The notes below the pieces were generated by a model. The model was not told the origin of the DNA and ran no database searches. It worked only from the letters and a program-made list of their open reading frames with translations. The translations under genes were made by a program, and so were the position numbers. Of a stretch of 53,886 bases of DNA, positions 1 to 9,690 are shown piece after piece. Every line of letters begins with the position of its first letter. The stretch's first letter is position 1. This DNA is from an uncultured Clostridia bacterium (GTDB taxonomy: Bacteria; Bacillota; Clostridia; TANB77; CAG-508): the NCBI GenBank assembly GCA_948664205.1, contig CAPNDH010000002.1, positions 1 through 53,886 of the forward strand, written 5' to 3'.

Positions 1-883
1 AAATTTTGAAAGAGTTTTATAAAAATTTATTTGAAAATTATTTATCTTTACGGAATATTTATTTTCTTTATTTCCTGTTTGTTCATTTTTTACTTGTTTT
101 AATTGTATTTTTTCTTTTTGACTATACCATACTTTTGCCTTTACATCGCCATTTGCATGCACATATCTTATTCCTGTATATTTACCTTCAAGCCATCCAC
201 CAACTAATATAGTACCTTCTTTTATTGTATCACCTTCTTTTACTAGGGGAGTACCATTTAAAGCATTTACCTTTACAATAACTCCGTGGTTTTGTTGAAA
301 CTATATTACAGTAATCCTCTTCATTTATAATATCAGGTTTTTTATCTGCTTCTACTATTTTAACAATAGCATTTGTACCTTTTAATTCTATTCCAATCCA
401 TGCCAAGTCATTTCTTTCTAGGCGCATTTTACTTATAATTTGTTTTGCATTAATTTTTCCTTTAAACTTACCAATTTTCAAGCCTTCTTGCTCTAAGCTT
501 CTAACTATCTCTTCTTTTGAAATATTTACATTTCCACTAACATCAATATTCCAAATAAAGTTTGACAAAGAAATAATCGAAGCAGTAAGAATAAACAGAA
601 AAAAGAAAAATATCTTTCTTTTTTTATACTTATTAAATATAAAAGGAAGTCCCTTTTTATTTTTTATTTTTACTCTACATTTAGAATTTTTAGCTATTTT
701 TCTTACTTTTCTAAAATTATTAATTCCTATATTACAATTCACTAATGTAGATTTTGTCCTTTTAATGTTCCATAAAAATATGTTTTTTGCTATACATGTA
801 TTTATAAATTTCTCAACAAAATAGCCCTCTATTTCAATATTTAAGTATCCTAATATATAGTTTAAAAATATTTTTACGTACAA
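1..883 (-). pseudogene. yqfD: Sporulation protein YqfD (stage IV). The C-terminal part runs past the window start and the reading frame is broken at nt 286 as assembled.
   Basis: The 217-aa ORF 230-883 has the YqfD N-terminus and TM segment. The frame continues in -1 register from nt 285 to nt 1 as GVIVKVNALNGTPLVKEGDTIKEGTILVGG...VHANGDVKAKVWY, typical of the YqfD C-domain. TTG start with GGAGGAGGG SD. Located next to yqfC. Confidence 0.8.
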
Positions 884-897
884 ACTTATCCCTCCTC

Positions 898-948
898 CAA
901 AATTCGCAGAATTTTGTACTATTCATTATTCACTATTCACTATTCATT
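898..948 (-). repeat. Leader cassette copy L1 upstream of yqfD: SD-proximal hairpin (898-916) plus TGAATAG/TGAATAA heptads (917-948).
   Basis: Same architecture as copies at 48118, 49584, 50873 and 51874. Stem is AAAATTC/GAATTTT. Confidence 0.7.
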
Positions 949-980
949 TAAGCCTTTTCTCCAAAGATTGGACGAGCTAT

Positions 981-999
981 GAGTCAAAAGGGACACCCC
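981..999. repeat. Q-core repeat GAGTCAAAAGGGACACCCC, with an inverted partner at 1444-1462 on the other side of yqfC.
   Basis: 18/19 nt reverse-complement match. The core CAAAAGGGAC is shared with the T and Q3 elements. Confidence 0.6.
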
Positions 1000-1101
1000 T
1001 AACATAACTAGCTTGGCTGTATATATTTTTCAATAGTATAAATATTTTTTATAAAAAACACTTTTATATTTGCTATATTTTTCTATTTCCCTTTTGGCAA
1101 G

Positions 1102-1392
1102 CTATTCTTCTATAGTTTCAAAATCTATTGTTTCTATCTTTCCTGTAATCATTAAATCATCTGATGTCATTTCATTTAGTTTTAAGTTGAAACCATTTAT
1201 ATTTATAATTCCAGAATATGTACTTATTCGTATGAAGAACTCTTGATATTCCAAAATACCTTTATAGTTTTCTATTAACATTTCATTAAAGCTTACTATT
1301 GTTATTTTAGGATCTGTTGATGATAGCTCTGTTGGAATTTCTAGTAATCTTTCAAATTTATTTTGAACTCGTTCTTTTCGTTTCTTTTTCAT
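1102..1392 (-). CDS. yqfC: Sporulation protein YqfC
   Basis: 96 aa with a YqfC-like sequence (PKITIVSFNEMLIENYKGILEY...ITGKI), immediately upstream of yqfD. Confidence 0.85.
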   Translation of the reverse strand: MKKKRKERVQNKFERLLEIPTELSSTDPKITIVSFNEMLIENYKGILEYQEFFIRISTYSGIININGFNLKLNEMTSDDLMITGKIETIDFETIEE

Positions 1393-1464
1393 AACTAATA
1401 TTTACCTTTCTCATAGTTATTTCTTATTTATTTTTCTAAGGGGGGGGTGTCCCCTTTGACTCAA

Positions 1465-1497
1465 GTGAGTCAAAAAAGGCCGTCCCTTTTGACTCAC
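1465..1497 (-). terminator. Q2 hairpin GTGAGTCAAAA...TTTTGACTCAC overlapping the pdaA stop codon.
   Basis: 11-bp arms. It is a shortened version of the 38-bp palindrome at 53162-53245. Confidence 0.45.
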
Positions 1498-2300
1498 TTT
1501 TCGAAATTGTCTAGTGTTTGGAACTCGTAGCCCATATTTTTTATTTCTTTTATACAGTGATCTAGCACGTTTGTGTTGTCTTTTGAGTTTCCGTGTAGTA
1601 GTATTACTGCTCCGTTGTGGATGTTTTCTAATATTTTCTTTTTGGCGTATTCTTCTCTTCCTTGTTTGTTTTCATCCCAATCATCATATGCGAAACTCCA
1701 CATTACTGTTGTATAGCCTAATGTATTACAGTAATTTACACTTGACTCACTGTATTCTCCTTTTGGAGGTCTTATGTATTTCATTTCATATCCGAATTTA
1801 TCATAAATTGTTGTATGTAATTTCATTACTTCTTCTTTTATTTGTTCATTGTTTAAACTTGGCATACTTTTGTGGTTTACTGTATGATTTCCTATTGTAT
1901 GACCATCATCTATCATTTTTTGTACTAAATCAGAACTTGTATTTACATAGTGTGCTGTTATGAAGAAACATGCTTTTACTTCGTTTTGTTTTAATGTTTC
2001 TAATATTTTTTCAGTGTATCCTGCTTCATACCCTTCATCAAATGTTAAATATACTTTTTTTGATTCCTTATTTCCCATTGCTATTCCTTTTGCTTCATCT
2101 ATTATTCTTTTATTTAAAGAACCTAAATCTGGTTGTTCATGATTATCGTTTCTTTTTATTCCCCATTCTATCTTTTTATTGCTTAAGCTAGCTACATTCG
2201 CACTTGTTGGCATTATACCTTTATTATTTTTTAATTCTATTATAGTGATTCCAATTACAAATATAATAACTGTTATAAATATTTTTTTTGTATTATTCAT
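1494..2300 (-). CDS. pdaA: PdaA-type polysaccharide deacetylase (delta-lactam-biosynthetic de-N-acetylase)
   Basis: YLTFDEGYEAGYT...GHTIGNHTVNH...IRPPKGEYS...LLHG motifs and N-terminal signal anchor. Collinear with B. subtilis PdaA from memory. Confidence 0.8.
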   Translation of the reverse strand: MNNTKKIFITVIIFVIGITIIELKNNKGIMPTSANVASLSNKKIEWGIKRNDNHEQPDLGSLNKRIIDEAKGIAMGNKESKKVYLTFDEGYEAGYTEKILETLKQNEVKACFFITAHYVNTSSDLVQKMIDDGHTIGNHTVNHKSMPSLNNEQIKEEVMKLHTTIYDKFGYEMKYIRPPKGEYSESSVNYCNTLGYTTVMWSFAYDDWDENKQGREEYAKKKILENIHNGAVILLHGNSKDNTNVLDHCIKEIKNMGYEFQTLDNFEK

Positions 2301-2593
2301 TATTACCTCCTAATATTTATATTGGTTCATTGTTTAATAATATGTGTATGTTTTTTGTATTATTCATATTTTATATGTATTGTAATTAATATCTATGTCT
2401 TAATTATAATTTTTTATATGTTTTATTATTTGTATTAATTTATATTTGAATATTTTCTACTTTTTGGTTTGCTAGTGCAATAATATATTTTAACTAGTAT
2501 GTTAATTTTTCGTTTTTTCTGTTTGATTTTTTCTTGTTTTTAGTATATTTCTGCACTTTTCGACATTTTTACGTTTTTTAACCTATTTTTCTA

Positions 2594-2622
2594 TTGACAT
2601 TATATAATTTTTGGTTTATGAT
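2594..2622 (+). promoter_or_regulatory. Sigma-A-type promoter TTGACA-17 nt-TATGAT upstream of the LytTR regulator.
   Basis: Consensus -35 (2594-2599), 17-nt spacer and near-consensus -10 (2617-2622), ~80 nt before the ATG at 2702. Confidence 0.45.
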
Positions 2623-2701
2623 TGGAATTAATTGGAAATAATGCCTTATGCTTTTCTTTTGCTTGGCATTTATTTTTTCAATTTACACGGAGGATAAAGA
2701 T

Positions 2702-3475
2702 ATGTTAAGTTTTGTATTATGTGATGATAATCAGTCTATTTTAGATAGGTTATCTAAAATTTTGGATTCTATATTTATAGAAAATAATATTAGTGCAGAA
2801 ATAACATTTACTGCTAAGAAGCCAGAAGAACTTTTAAGTTATATTAAATCAAATACTGTAGATGTTTTATTTTTAGATATTGACTTGAAATCGAATATTT
2901 CTGGAATTGACTTAGCTACTAAAATAAGGAAATTTAATAAAGATGTTTATATAATTTTTACCAGTGCTCATTTAGAATATATCTTAATTGCCTATAAATG
3001 TAAAACTTTTGATTTTATTCCAAAACCTATTTCAAAAGAACGTGTAGAAGAAACCATAATTAGACTTATGGAAGATATTAATAATGAAAAAACTCCTATT
3101 TCTTTTATTCGTATTGATAATAAAAATACGATAATAAATCAAGATAGTGTAAACTTTATAAAAAAAGAAGGAATGAAGTTACTCTTTTACACAGATACAA
3201 GAGTCTATGAAACTTATAATTCTTTTAACAAAATATCTAACGAATTACCTAAAAACTTTATCAGATGTCATAAATCTTATATTGCTAATGTTAATAAAAT
3301 TAGCAATGTAAATTCCAATAGCAATTTAATTCTTTTTAATACAAAGAATAATTGTAACGAAATTAAATGTAATATTGGACCAAAATATAAAAATAATTTA
3401 ATGGAGGTTTTAAAAAATGGAAATTTTTCAAACAATTTGGACGGCTTTAACAACAGAAAACGAAATGTTAACTAA
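2702..3475 (+). CDS. LytTR-family response regulator (AgrA-like)
   Basis: Receiver domain (VLCDDN...LFLDIDL...IIFTSAH) plus a C-terminal LytTR domain. ATG at 2702 is preceded by a GGAGG SD; the track start at 2648 is rejected. Confidence 0.85.
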   Translation: MLSFVLCDDNQSILDRLSKILDSIFIENNISAEITFTAKKPEELLSYIKSNTVDVLFLDIDLKSNISGIDLATKIRKFNKDVYIIFTSAHLEYILIAYKCKTFDFIPKPISKERVEETIIRLMEDINNEKTPISFIRIDNKNTIINQDSVNFIKKEGMKLLFYTDTRVYETYNSFNKISNELPKNFIRCHKSYIANVNKISNVNSNSNLILFNTKNNCNEIKCNIGPKYKNNLMEVLKNGNFSNNLDGFNNRKRNVN

Positions 3476-4763
3476 TATTATAGGAGTACCTTCTGCATAT
3501 TTAGAAGGATTTTTATATATGCTTCTTTTCACTACATTACTAAATATAGAAGCTACTAAAAAGCAAAAATTTATATATGTTATTGTAGTCTCAACTTTAA
3601 GTATTATAAATAGATTTATTATACCTGATCCAATAATTTCATATGTAAATATATTTATGGTTATAATTTCTGTTATGCTTATCTTTAAAACCAATATATT
3701 TAAAGCAATAATAGCTTTATTTTTCCCTATGATTGTTGCAGCATTAATAGAATCTATTTTTACAAAACTTTATTATCACACTCTTCAAATAGACTACTTA
3801 ATTGGTGCTAAAATTCCCTTACATAGGCTAATTGGTTCTTTAACTGTATATCTTTGCTTATTTATTATTTATTTGTTACTAAAATTATTTAAGTTGAATA
3901 TTGGTAAATTACAAATTTTAAACAAAAAGAAACGATACTTATTTGTTTTTAGTACTTTATTTGGTTTTTTATTGATTGGTTTACAATTTTATTTAATAAC
4001 TTTTTATGTTTCATATTTGCCATTTTTCGTTACATTATTAGATGTTTTAGCATTAATTGTATATTTTTCTATTAATATATATACAATTTTTACAGTTTCT
4101 GAATTAGAAGATACTACTACAAACTTAGAAGAAGCTCAGCTATATAATAAAACATTACAAATACTTCATGATAATGTTAGAGGTTTTAAACATGACTTTT
4201 GGAATATAGTTCAAGGCCTTGGTGGATATATTGATAAAAATGATATGGAAGGTTTAAAACAATATTATTCAAAATTGGTTGAGGATTGCCAACAAGTAAA
4301 TAACTTAACAGCTTTAAGCCCAAGTGTTGTTAATAATCCTGCTGTTTACAATGTTTTAGCAAACAAATATCATATGGCTGATGAGCTTGGTATAAAAATA
4401 AATTTAGAAGTATTTATGGATTTGAATGAATTAAGTATAAATTCTTATGAACTTACAAGAATAATTGGTATACTTATGAATAATGCGATTGAAGCTTCTA
4501 AAGAATGTGAAGAAAAAATTATTAATGTTACTTTTAGAAAAGATAAAAATAAACATATGCAACTTGTTATTGTTGAAAACACATATAAAGATAAAAATAT
4601 TGATACAGAAAAAATATACGAAAAAGGATATTCTACTAAAGAAGGAAATACTGGACTTGGTTTATGGGAAATAAGACAAATTATGAAAAAACATAACAAT
4701 TTAAATTTATACACTACTAAAACAGAAGAACTTTTCTCACAACAGTTTGAAATATATTATTAA
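3417..4763 (+). CDS. AgrC-like (HPK10) membrane sensor histidine kinase
   Basis: Six or more N-terminal TM helices, an FKHDFWN H-box and a GHKL ATPase (NAIEAS...GLGLWEIRQI). GGAGG SD 9 nt upstream. Confidence 0.8.
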   Translation: MEIFQTIWTALTTENEMLTNIIGVPSAYLEGFLYMLLFTTLLNIEATKKQKFIYVIVVSTLSIINRFIIPDPIISYVNIFMVIISVMLIFKTNIFKAIIALFFPMIVAALIESIFTKLYYHTLQIDYLIGAKIPLHRLIGSLTVYLCLFIIYLLLKLFKLNIGKLQILNKKKRYLFVFSTLFGFLLIGLQFYLITFYVSYLPFFVTLLDVLALIVYFSINIYTIFTVSELEDTTTNLEEAQLYNKTLQILHDNVRGFKHDFWNIVQGLGGYIDKNDMEGLKQYYSKLVEDCQQVNNLTALSPSVVNNPAVYNVLANKYHMADELGIKINLEVFMDLNELSINSYELTRIIGILMNNAIEASKECEEKIINVTFRKDKNKHMQLVIVENTYKDKNIDTEKIYEKGYSTKEGNTGLGLWEIRQIMKKHNNLNLYTTKTEELFSQQFEIYY

Positions 4764-4769
4764 AAAGTT

Positions 4770-4799
4770 AAACAAGATAGTTTAGGCTATCTTGTTTTT
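4770..4799. terminator. Bidirectional intrinsic terminator between the kinase gene and agrD.
   Basis: AAACAAGATAG-6 nt-CTATCTTGTTT followed by a T-run. Confidence 0.6.
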
Positions 4800-4813
4800 C
4801 TTTAAATATATAA

Positions 4814-4933
4814 TTAATCTTTTTTTATTAAAGATGCAGGCATTTTTGGTTGGTGCCAACACCCGATTATCCAACAAGCTGTATTTGTAGATTTAGCATA
4901 TTTCTCTGCTATTTTTGCTAATAATTTTATCAT
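4814..4933 (-). CDS. agrD: AgrD autoinducing-peptide precursor (39 aa), not present in the ORF track.
   Basis: MIKLLAKIAEKYAKSTNTACWIIGCWHQPKMPASLIKKD: amphipathic leader, Cys-containing core and a conserved QP-x-x-P tail. AGGAGG SD 8 nt upstream. Directly downstream of agrB. Confidence 0.75.
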   Translation of the reverse strand: MIKLLAKIAEKYAKSTNTACWIIGCWHQPKMPASLIKKD

Positions 4934-4997
4934 AACAATTTCCTCCTTAGTTTAATTTTTAATATATTAAAATATTGCCGGCCAATATTTTATTATC

Positions 4998-5627
4998 TTA
5001 AATTGTAACATCTTGTGCTTTTAAATATTCCTCATAACCATATTTGTTCTTAGTTAATATGTAGGCTATCCTTGTTATAGAAATAGTTTGTATTGTAGTT
5101 CCAAATATTAGTATATTTGAAATTATACTATTTGGTATAAATATTGCTCCTAACATATTTATACTTAAAAAAACATAAGATAATATCTTTTTTGTTTTTC
5201 TTTCTTTTTTAGTCAATATTGGTAAGTTTTCTGTATCCGCTGGGGCATATATACTCACTAATATTATTCCAATTACCCAAATAGATATAATAGTAATTAT
5301 TTTTACTACTTCATTTGGAAATGTATATTTTGTACTTAATATTGCATTTCCACAATAAACTACATTTGTGCAAATAAAACATCCTAAATGTGTTTTTAAA
5401 TGAAATCCTCCGCTACACACTTTATAAGGTAATATTAAGAAAAATGCTAATAGTGTTTGCCACCATAAACCTAAAATAAATCCTAATCCAAACATTAAAA
5501 ATATTTTAGGCACTTCACCTACAATTAGTTGTACTCCATATAATATCACTTCTGCTCTTTCATCATCTATTTCTGGCATTTTTTTTCTTATTTTATTTGT
5601 TAAATATTCACAAAATTTATCTATCAT
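4998..5627 (-). CDS. agrB: AgrB (AgrD-processing membrane endopeptidase)
   Basis: 209 aa, polytopic, with the AgrB-family pattern (LILPYKVCSGGFHLKTH). Confidence 0.85.
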   Translation of the reverse strand: MIDKFCEYLTNKIRKKMPEIDDERAEVILYGVQLIVGEVPKIFLMFGLGFILGLWWQTLLAFFLILPYKVCSGGFHLKTHLGCFICTNVVYCGNAILSTKYTFPNEVVKIITIISIWVIGIILVSIYAPADTENLPILTKKERKTKKILSYVFLSINMLGAIFIPNSIISNILIFGTTIQTISITRIAYILTKNKYGYEEYLKAQDVTI

Positions 5628-5707
5628 TTGCTCATCTCGTTTCTATTTACTTTCTGTTATAATAATATCTTCTTTTTTCTCATATTTATTTTTTATTTAC
5701 AACATAT

Positions 5708-5756
5708 AAAAAAACATATATGAAAATACAAATTTATATTTTCATATATGTTTTTT
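5708..5756. terminator. Perfect ~20-bp hairpin flanked by A/T runs, downstream of the rluA-family gene.
   Basis: AAAAAACATATATGAAAATA / TATTTTCATATATGTTTTTT. Confidence 0.6.
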
Positions 5757-5779
5757 ACAGTTTTATAAAATATACATAA

Positions 5780-6469
5780 TTAAATTTCTGTTATTCCCTC
5801 TAATATTTTCCACGTTCTATTTATTTCTGGCAATATTTTAAATGTCATTTGTTCTTTAGTAATTGGATGCAAAAATTTAAGTTCATATGCCCACAAAGCT
5901 ATTTGCTTTCCATGTCCTCTTCCACCATACTTTTGATCTCCATATATACTATGGCTTCTACTAGACAATTGTACTCTTATTTGGTGATGCCTTCCTGTAT
6001 GTAAATCTATTTTTAACACAGATAAATCTATTTCTCTATTATATTTTAATACTTCATACTCTAAACTAGCTAATTTTGAATTTTTAGTTCCTTCTTTTAC
6101 AACTTTACTCATATTAGCTTTTTCATTTTTCAAAAGATAATCTTCTAGTATTCCTTTTTGCTCTTCCATTTTTCCATTTACAACTACCAGATATTTCTTT
6201 TTAAAATCTTTAACTCTTACTTGTTCACTGAGCCTTGCTGCTGCTTTTGAAGTTTTTGCAAATACCATTACTCCCCCAACTGGTCTATCTAATCTGTGAA
6301 CTAACCCTAAGTATACATCTCCAGGTTTATTATATTTTTCTTTTATATATTGTTTTATTACGGTAAGCATATCAATATCACCTGTTTTATCTCCCTGAGA
6401 TGGAATATTTACAGGCTTTTCTACTACTATTATATGGTTGTCTTCATAAATTATATTTAATTTTTTCAT
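5780..6469 (-). CDS. RluA-family pseudouridine synthase
   Basis: HRLDRPVGGVMVFAKT catalytic motif and 229-aa length. Confidence 0.8.
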   Translation of the reverse strand: MKKLNIIYEDNHIIVVEKPVNIPSQGDKTGDIDMLTVIKQYIKEKYNKPGDVYLGLVHRLDRPVGGVMVFAKTSKAAARLSEQVRVKDFKKKYLVVVNGKMEEQKGILEDYLLKNEKANMSKVVKEGTKNSKLASLEYEVLKYNREIDLSVLKIDLHTGRHHQIRVQLSSRSHSIYGDQKYGGRGHGKQIALWAYELKFLHPITKEQMTFKILPEINRTWKILEGITEI

Positions 6470-6487
6470 TCTATTTCTCCATTAATA

Positions 6488-6538
6488 TGATGCAAAAGGG
6501 ACAGATGACGCTATTTACAAACGTCCCCAATGAGTCAT
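6488..6538 (-). repeat. T-element copy T1, abutting the stop codon of the methyltransferase gene.
   Basis: CAAAAGGGAC...GTCCCCAA core with ATGAC/GTCAT second pairing. Same layout as 28524, 32997, 49779 and 51982. Confidence 0.6.
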
Positions 6539-7404
6539 TAATTATTTTCCCAACGTGCAAATATTCCGCATGGTAATATTAGTTTTGAATTTGTCATTGG
6601 AAGTCCTACTTCTCCGCTTGTTACTTTTCCATTATATTTTTTTGTTACATTTAGGTTTAATATGTTTTCTAATACTGTACTTGATATTCCTGTTGTGTAT
6701 GAATTTATTAAGAAAAATAATGGGTTATCTGATAAGACTTTAGAACAAAGCTCTACTAAGTCACATATGTTTTCTTCAAACTTCCATACTTCGCCATTTG
6801 TTCCTCTTCCATATGATGGTGGATCCATTATTATTGCATCATATTTATTTTCTCTTCTTATTTCTCTATTTACAAATTTTACTACATCATCTACTATGTA
6901 TCTTACTGGTCTATCTTGCAGACCTGAAGAAGCTATATTTTCTTTTGCCCAAGCTACCATTCCTTTTGAGCTATCTACATGGCATACGCTTGCTCCTGCA
7001 TAGCTACAAGCTACTGTTGCTCCACCTGTATATGCAAATAAATTTAATACTTTTATTTCTCTATTTGATTTTTTTATTTTTTCTATCATCCAATCCCAGT
7101 TTACGGCTTGTTCTGGAAATAGACCTGTGTGCTTGAATCCCATTGGTTTTATATTGAATGTTAAGTTTTTATAATTTACTTGCCAGTTGTTAGGTACTTT
7201 CTTTTTATATTCCCAACTTCCTCCACCTGTACTACTTCTATTATATTTCGCATTTATCTCTCTCCATTTATTAGGAAAACTTTTACTTTTCCATATTATT
7301 TGTGGGTCTGGCCTTACTAATATAATATCTTTCCATCTTTCTAGCTTTTCTCCATTTGCCATATCTATTATTTCATAATCTTTCCAATTATTTGCTATTA
7401 TCAT
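6538..7404 (-). CDS. Class I SAM-dependent methyltransferase (RlmI/RlmK-like)
   Basis: VLNLFAYTGG SAM-binding motif and IIMDPPSYGRG motif. Confidence 0.7.
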   Translation of the reverse strand: MIIANNWKDYEIIDMANGEKLERWKDIILVRPDPQIIWKSKSFPNKWREINAKYNRSSTGGGSWEYKKKVPNNWQVNYKNLTFNIKPMGFKHTGLFPEQAVNWDWMIEKIKKSNREIKVLNLFAYTGGATVACSYAGASVCHVDSSKGMVAWAKENIASSGLQDRPVRYIVDDVVKFVNREIRRENKYDAIIMDPPSYGRGTNGEVWKFEENICDLVELCSKVLSDNPLFFLINSYTTGISSTVLENILNLNVTKKYNGKVTSGEVGLPMTNSKLILPCGIFARWENN

Positions 7405-7591
7405 ATTCTTCTCCTTCTATTTTTCTGTTTATTATTATAACAAAATATTGCTTATAATTCAACATATATATTCAAAGACAAACAACAGACTAGTTATATT
7501 CCTAATCTGTTGTTTTGTTTCTAGTTTAAAAAGATAATATCTCTGAACTATTATTATAATTATATATATTTTAAATTTCATCGCTTTCATT

Positions 7592-9121
7592 CTACTTAAT
7601 ATAAAGTATTACACGATATCCTACATTAAAAGCAGTTTCGCCCGCTTTTATAAAATCACGGAAACATGTAGGGTTAGTAGTACTATTGTTTGAAAAACTA
7701 CCACCTCGAAGCACATGGTATAGTGTTGTGGTATTACCTCCCAAAAATGATATTTCTTCTGTAATTTCCCATAAATTACCTGCTATATCAAATATATGAT
7801 ATTTTTCTGTTTGATCACTTGCTCCCGTTGTTAGTAAATCTCCATATGTTCTATCACTGCTATAATTTGATGTTATTCCTGTTGTTATAGCTTCGAATGG
7901 TTTAAGCGTCCATGCATTTGAATTTGTTTTGTTATAATCTGCTATTGCTAATCTACCATTATATGATAATGTTGTATTTCTATAGTTTCCCCAATTATTT
8001 GAATTTGTTAAATCACTTGCATTTATAGCTTTTTTGGACACCATTTTATTTAATATTACATCCCATTGTGTACCTGTTATTAAACCACTACTTACATAAT
8101 TGTTGTTGTACATACTTTCTGCATTTTTCTTTGAATTATCCCAATCTATAAACATCCATGGTACAACACCTGCTTTACTTTGTGGAATACCTTCTTTATT
8201 ATATATTTGATTTTGTGTATTACTACTTTTTTGATTTGTTGTAAATTCTGAAATTGTTTCTGCTAAACCTGCTTCATATCTTGCTACATAAAATCCACCA
8301 TATTTTTCTATTTGTGTTAATTCTGATTTTGGTGTTGTTTTATCCCACCATGCGTTTCCTAATGTTGAATTTGTTTGTGTAGTTCCATTCCAAACATTAC
8401 ATTTTTTATATTCACTTGTAGAACATGGTATCCATACAAATTGATTACCTTTTAAATTTGTTGTATATTCATATGTTGTTTTGTCTTTTCCTTTTTCATA
8501 TGCATCATCTGGACTATCTGATATAATTACACCATCGTCTAGTGTTCCGCCTACATAGTAGAAGCCTTTAGGTACTGGAACAGTATCTCCGTTTCCTACT
8601 GATACTGCATATACTGTTGCTACTTTGATCAAATTTTTTACTTCTTGTCCATTTTTAGTGTTTGTATATGTTACTGTTTCTTTTCCCCATCCATCTTTTA
8701 GGGCTACTTCTTTTCCTATTTCTTGTGGATTTTCTTTTGTATTTTCTGGAAGATTTTCTATTCCTAATTGTTTATATAATTCATTTAATTCTCTTTGTTC
8801 TCGCTCTTCTGCAGTTAAGTATTTATCTCTTGTCTGTTTTGCTCTTCTAAATATTCCATTTTCGCCTAAGCTTAAGTTTACTGCCACTCCTGCTAGAATA
8901 ATTAGTATTATTATTGTTACTACTAATGAAATTAATGTTATTCCATGATTAGAGATAATCCTTTCCTCTACATTGTTTTTATTTAAACAATTTTTCTGAC
9001 TAATGAATGAGCACTGCTCGCACCTACAATTATTTATTCTTTTATTATATTTTAATTTTTCATTCACTATATGTTTTCTCCTTTGTTTTTCAATTATTAT
9101 AACCTTTCTTGATAAAATCAT
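7592..9121 (-). CDS. Pilin-like N-terminal anchor fused to an FGE/SUMF1-type (sulfatase-modifying-factor) domain. The start is uncertain; GTG at 9067 has the best SD.
   Basis: HG-ITLISLVVTIIILIILAGVAV resembles a prepilin signal but lacks Glu+5. C-terminal RGGSFSNN...GYRV matches the FGE-sulfatase fold signature. Confidence 0.6.
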   Translation of the reverse strand: MILSRKVIIIEKQRRKHIVNEKLKYNKRINNCRCEQCSFISQKNCLNKNNVEERIISNHGITLISLVVTIIILIILAGVAVNLSLGENGIFRRAKQTRDKYLTAEEREQRELNELYKQLGIENLPENTKENPQEIGKEVALKDGWGKETVTYTNTKNGQEVKNLIKVATVYAVSVGNGDTVPVPKGFYYVGGTLDDGVIISDSPDDAYEKGKDKTTYEYTTNLKGNQFVWIPCSTSEYKKCNVWNGTTQTNSTLGNAWWDKTTPKSELTQIEKYGGFYVARYEAGLAETISEFTTNQKSSNTQNQIYNKEGIPQSKAGVVPWMFIDWDNSKKNAESMYNNNYVSSGLITGTQWDVILNKMVSKKAINASDLTNSNNWGNYRNTTLSYNGRLAIADYNKTNSNAWTLKPFEAITTGITSNYSSDRTYGDLLTTGASDQTEKYHIFDIAGNLWEITEEISFLGGNTTTLYHVLRGGSFSNNSTTNPTCFRDFIKAGETAFNVGYRVILYIK

Positions 9122-9275
9122 TATAAATCAACTATAGGGTATTTGTAAATACATTATTTATAAATAATATGATTTACTAGCAAAGCTTTTTTTTAAATAT
9201 AAAGATGTAAATTACTTTTAAATTAGTTTAAAAAGACGAAAAAACATTAAGTCTTTCCATCTTTTTATATACATT

Positions 9276-9476
9276 TTATAACGTTATTAATAAATTTATA
9301 AAATTTGATACCATATATAAGTCAATAACAATTAATGCTGTCGTTACAAATAAAATATTTATAATAAATTTATTGTTCTTATATATATGTATTAATCTCT
9401 TTATTGCTTTCCTTTCTTTAAAATTAATCTTTCTTCCATACTGTACATTTAAAATAATATCTTTTGTATATTCCAT
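9276..9476 (-). CDS. Hypothetical small single-pass membrane protein
   Basis: ORF only, with one hydrophobic helix. No recognisable family. Confidence 0.3.
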   Translation of the reverse strand: MEYTKDIILNVQYGRKINFKERKAIKRLIHIYKNNKFIINILFVTTALIVIDLYMVSNFINLLITL

Positions 9477-9627
9477 AAAAAATCCCCCTAAAATTTATTC
9501 TTATTAAATATATATTCCTATATATTCAAATTTATGAAATAAATCGTATACAAAATTATTTTATAATTTTACATTATTTAGCAATTATATTATATTTTAT
9601 AGAATTTACCCCATACCCAAAATATAA

Positions 9628-9656
9628 TTGACAAATTTCGACTTTTAGCATATTAT
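9628..9656 (+). promoter_or_regulatory. Sigma-A-type promoter TTGACA-17 nt-TATTAT upstream of mscL.
   Basis: Consensus -35, 17-nt spacer and TATTAT -10. Confidence 0.45.
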
Positions 9657-9690
9657 GAATTTAGAATTTTATATATGAAAGGTGATTAAT

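Noticed and set aside
3417-3475. The 59-nt overlap between the LytTR regulator and kinase genes as another frameshift
   Set aside because: There is no CGGA site or internal stop. The regulator length (257 aa) is normal, and the kinase ATG has a good GGAGG SD, so a genuine overlap is plausible.
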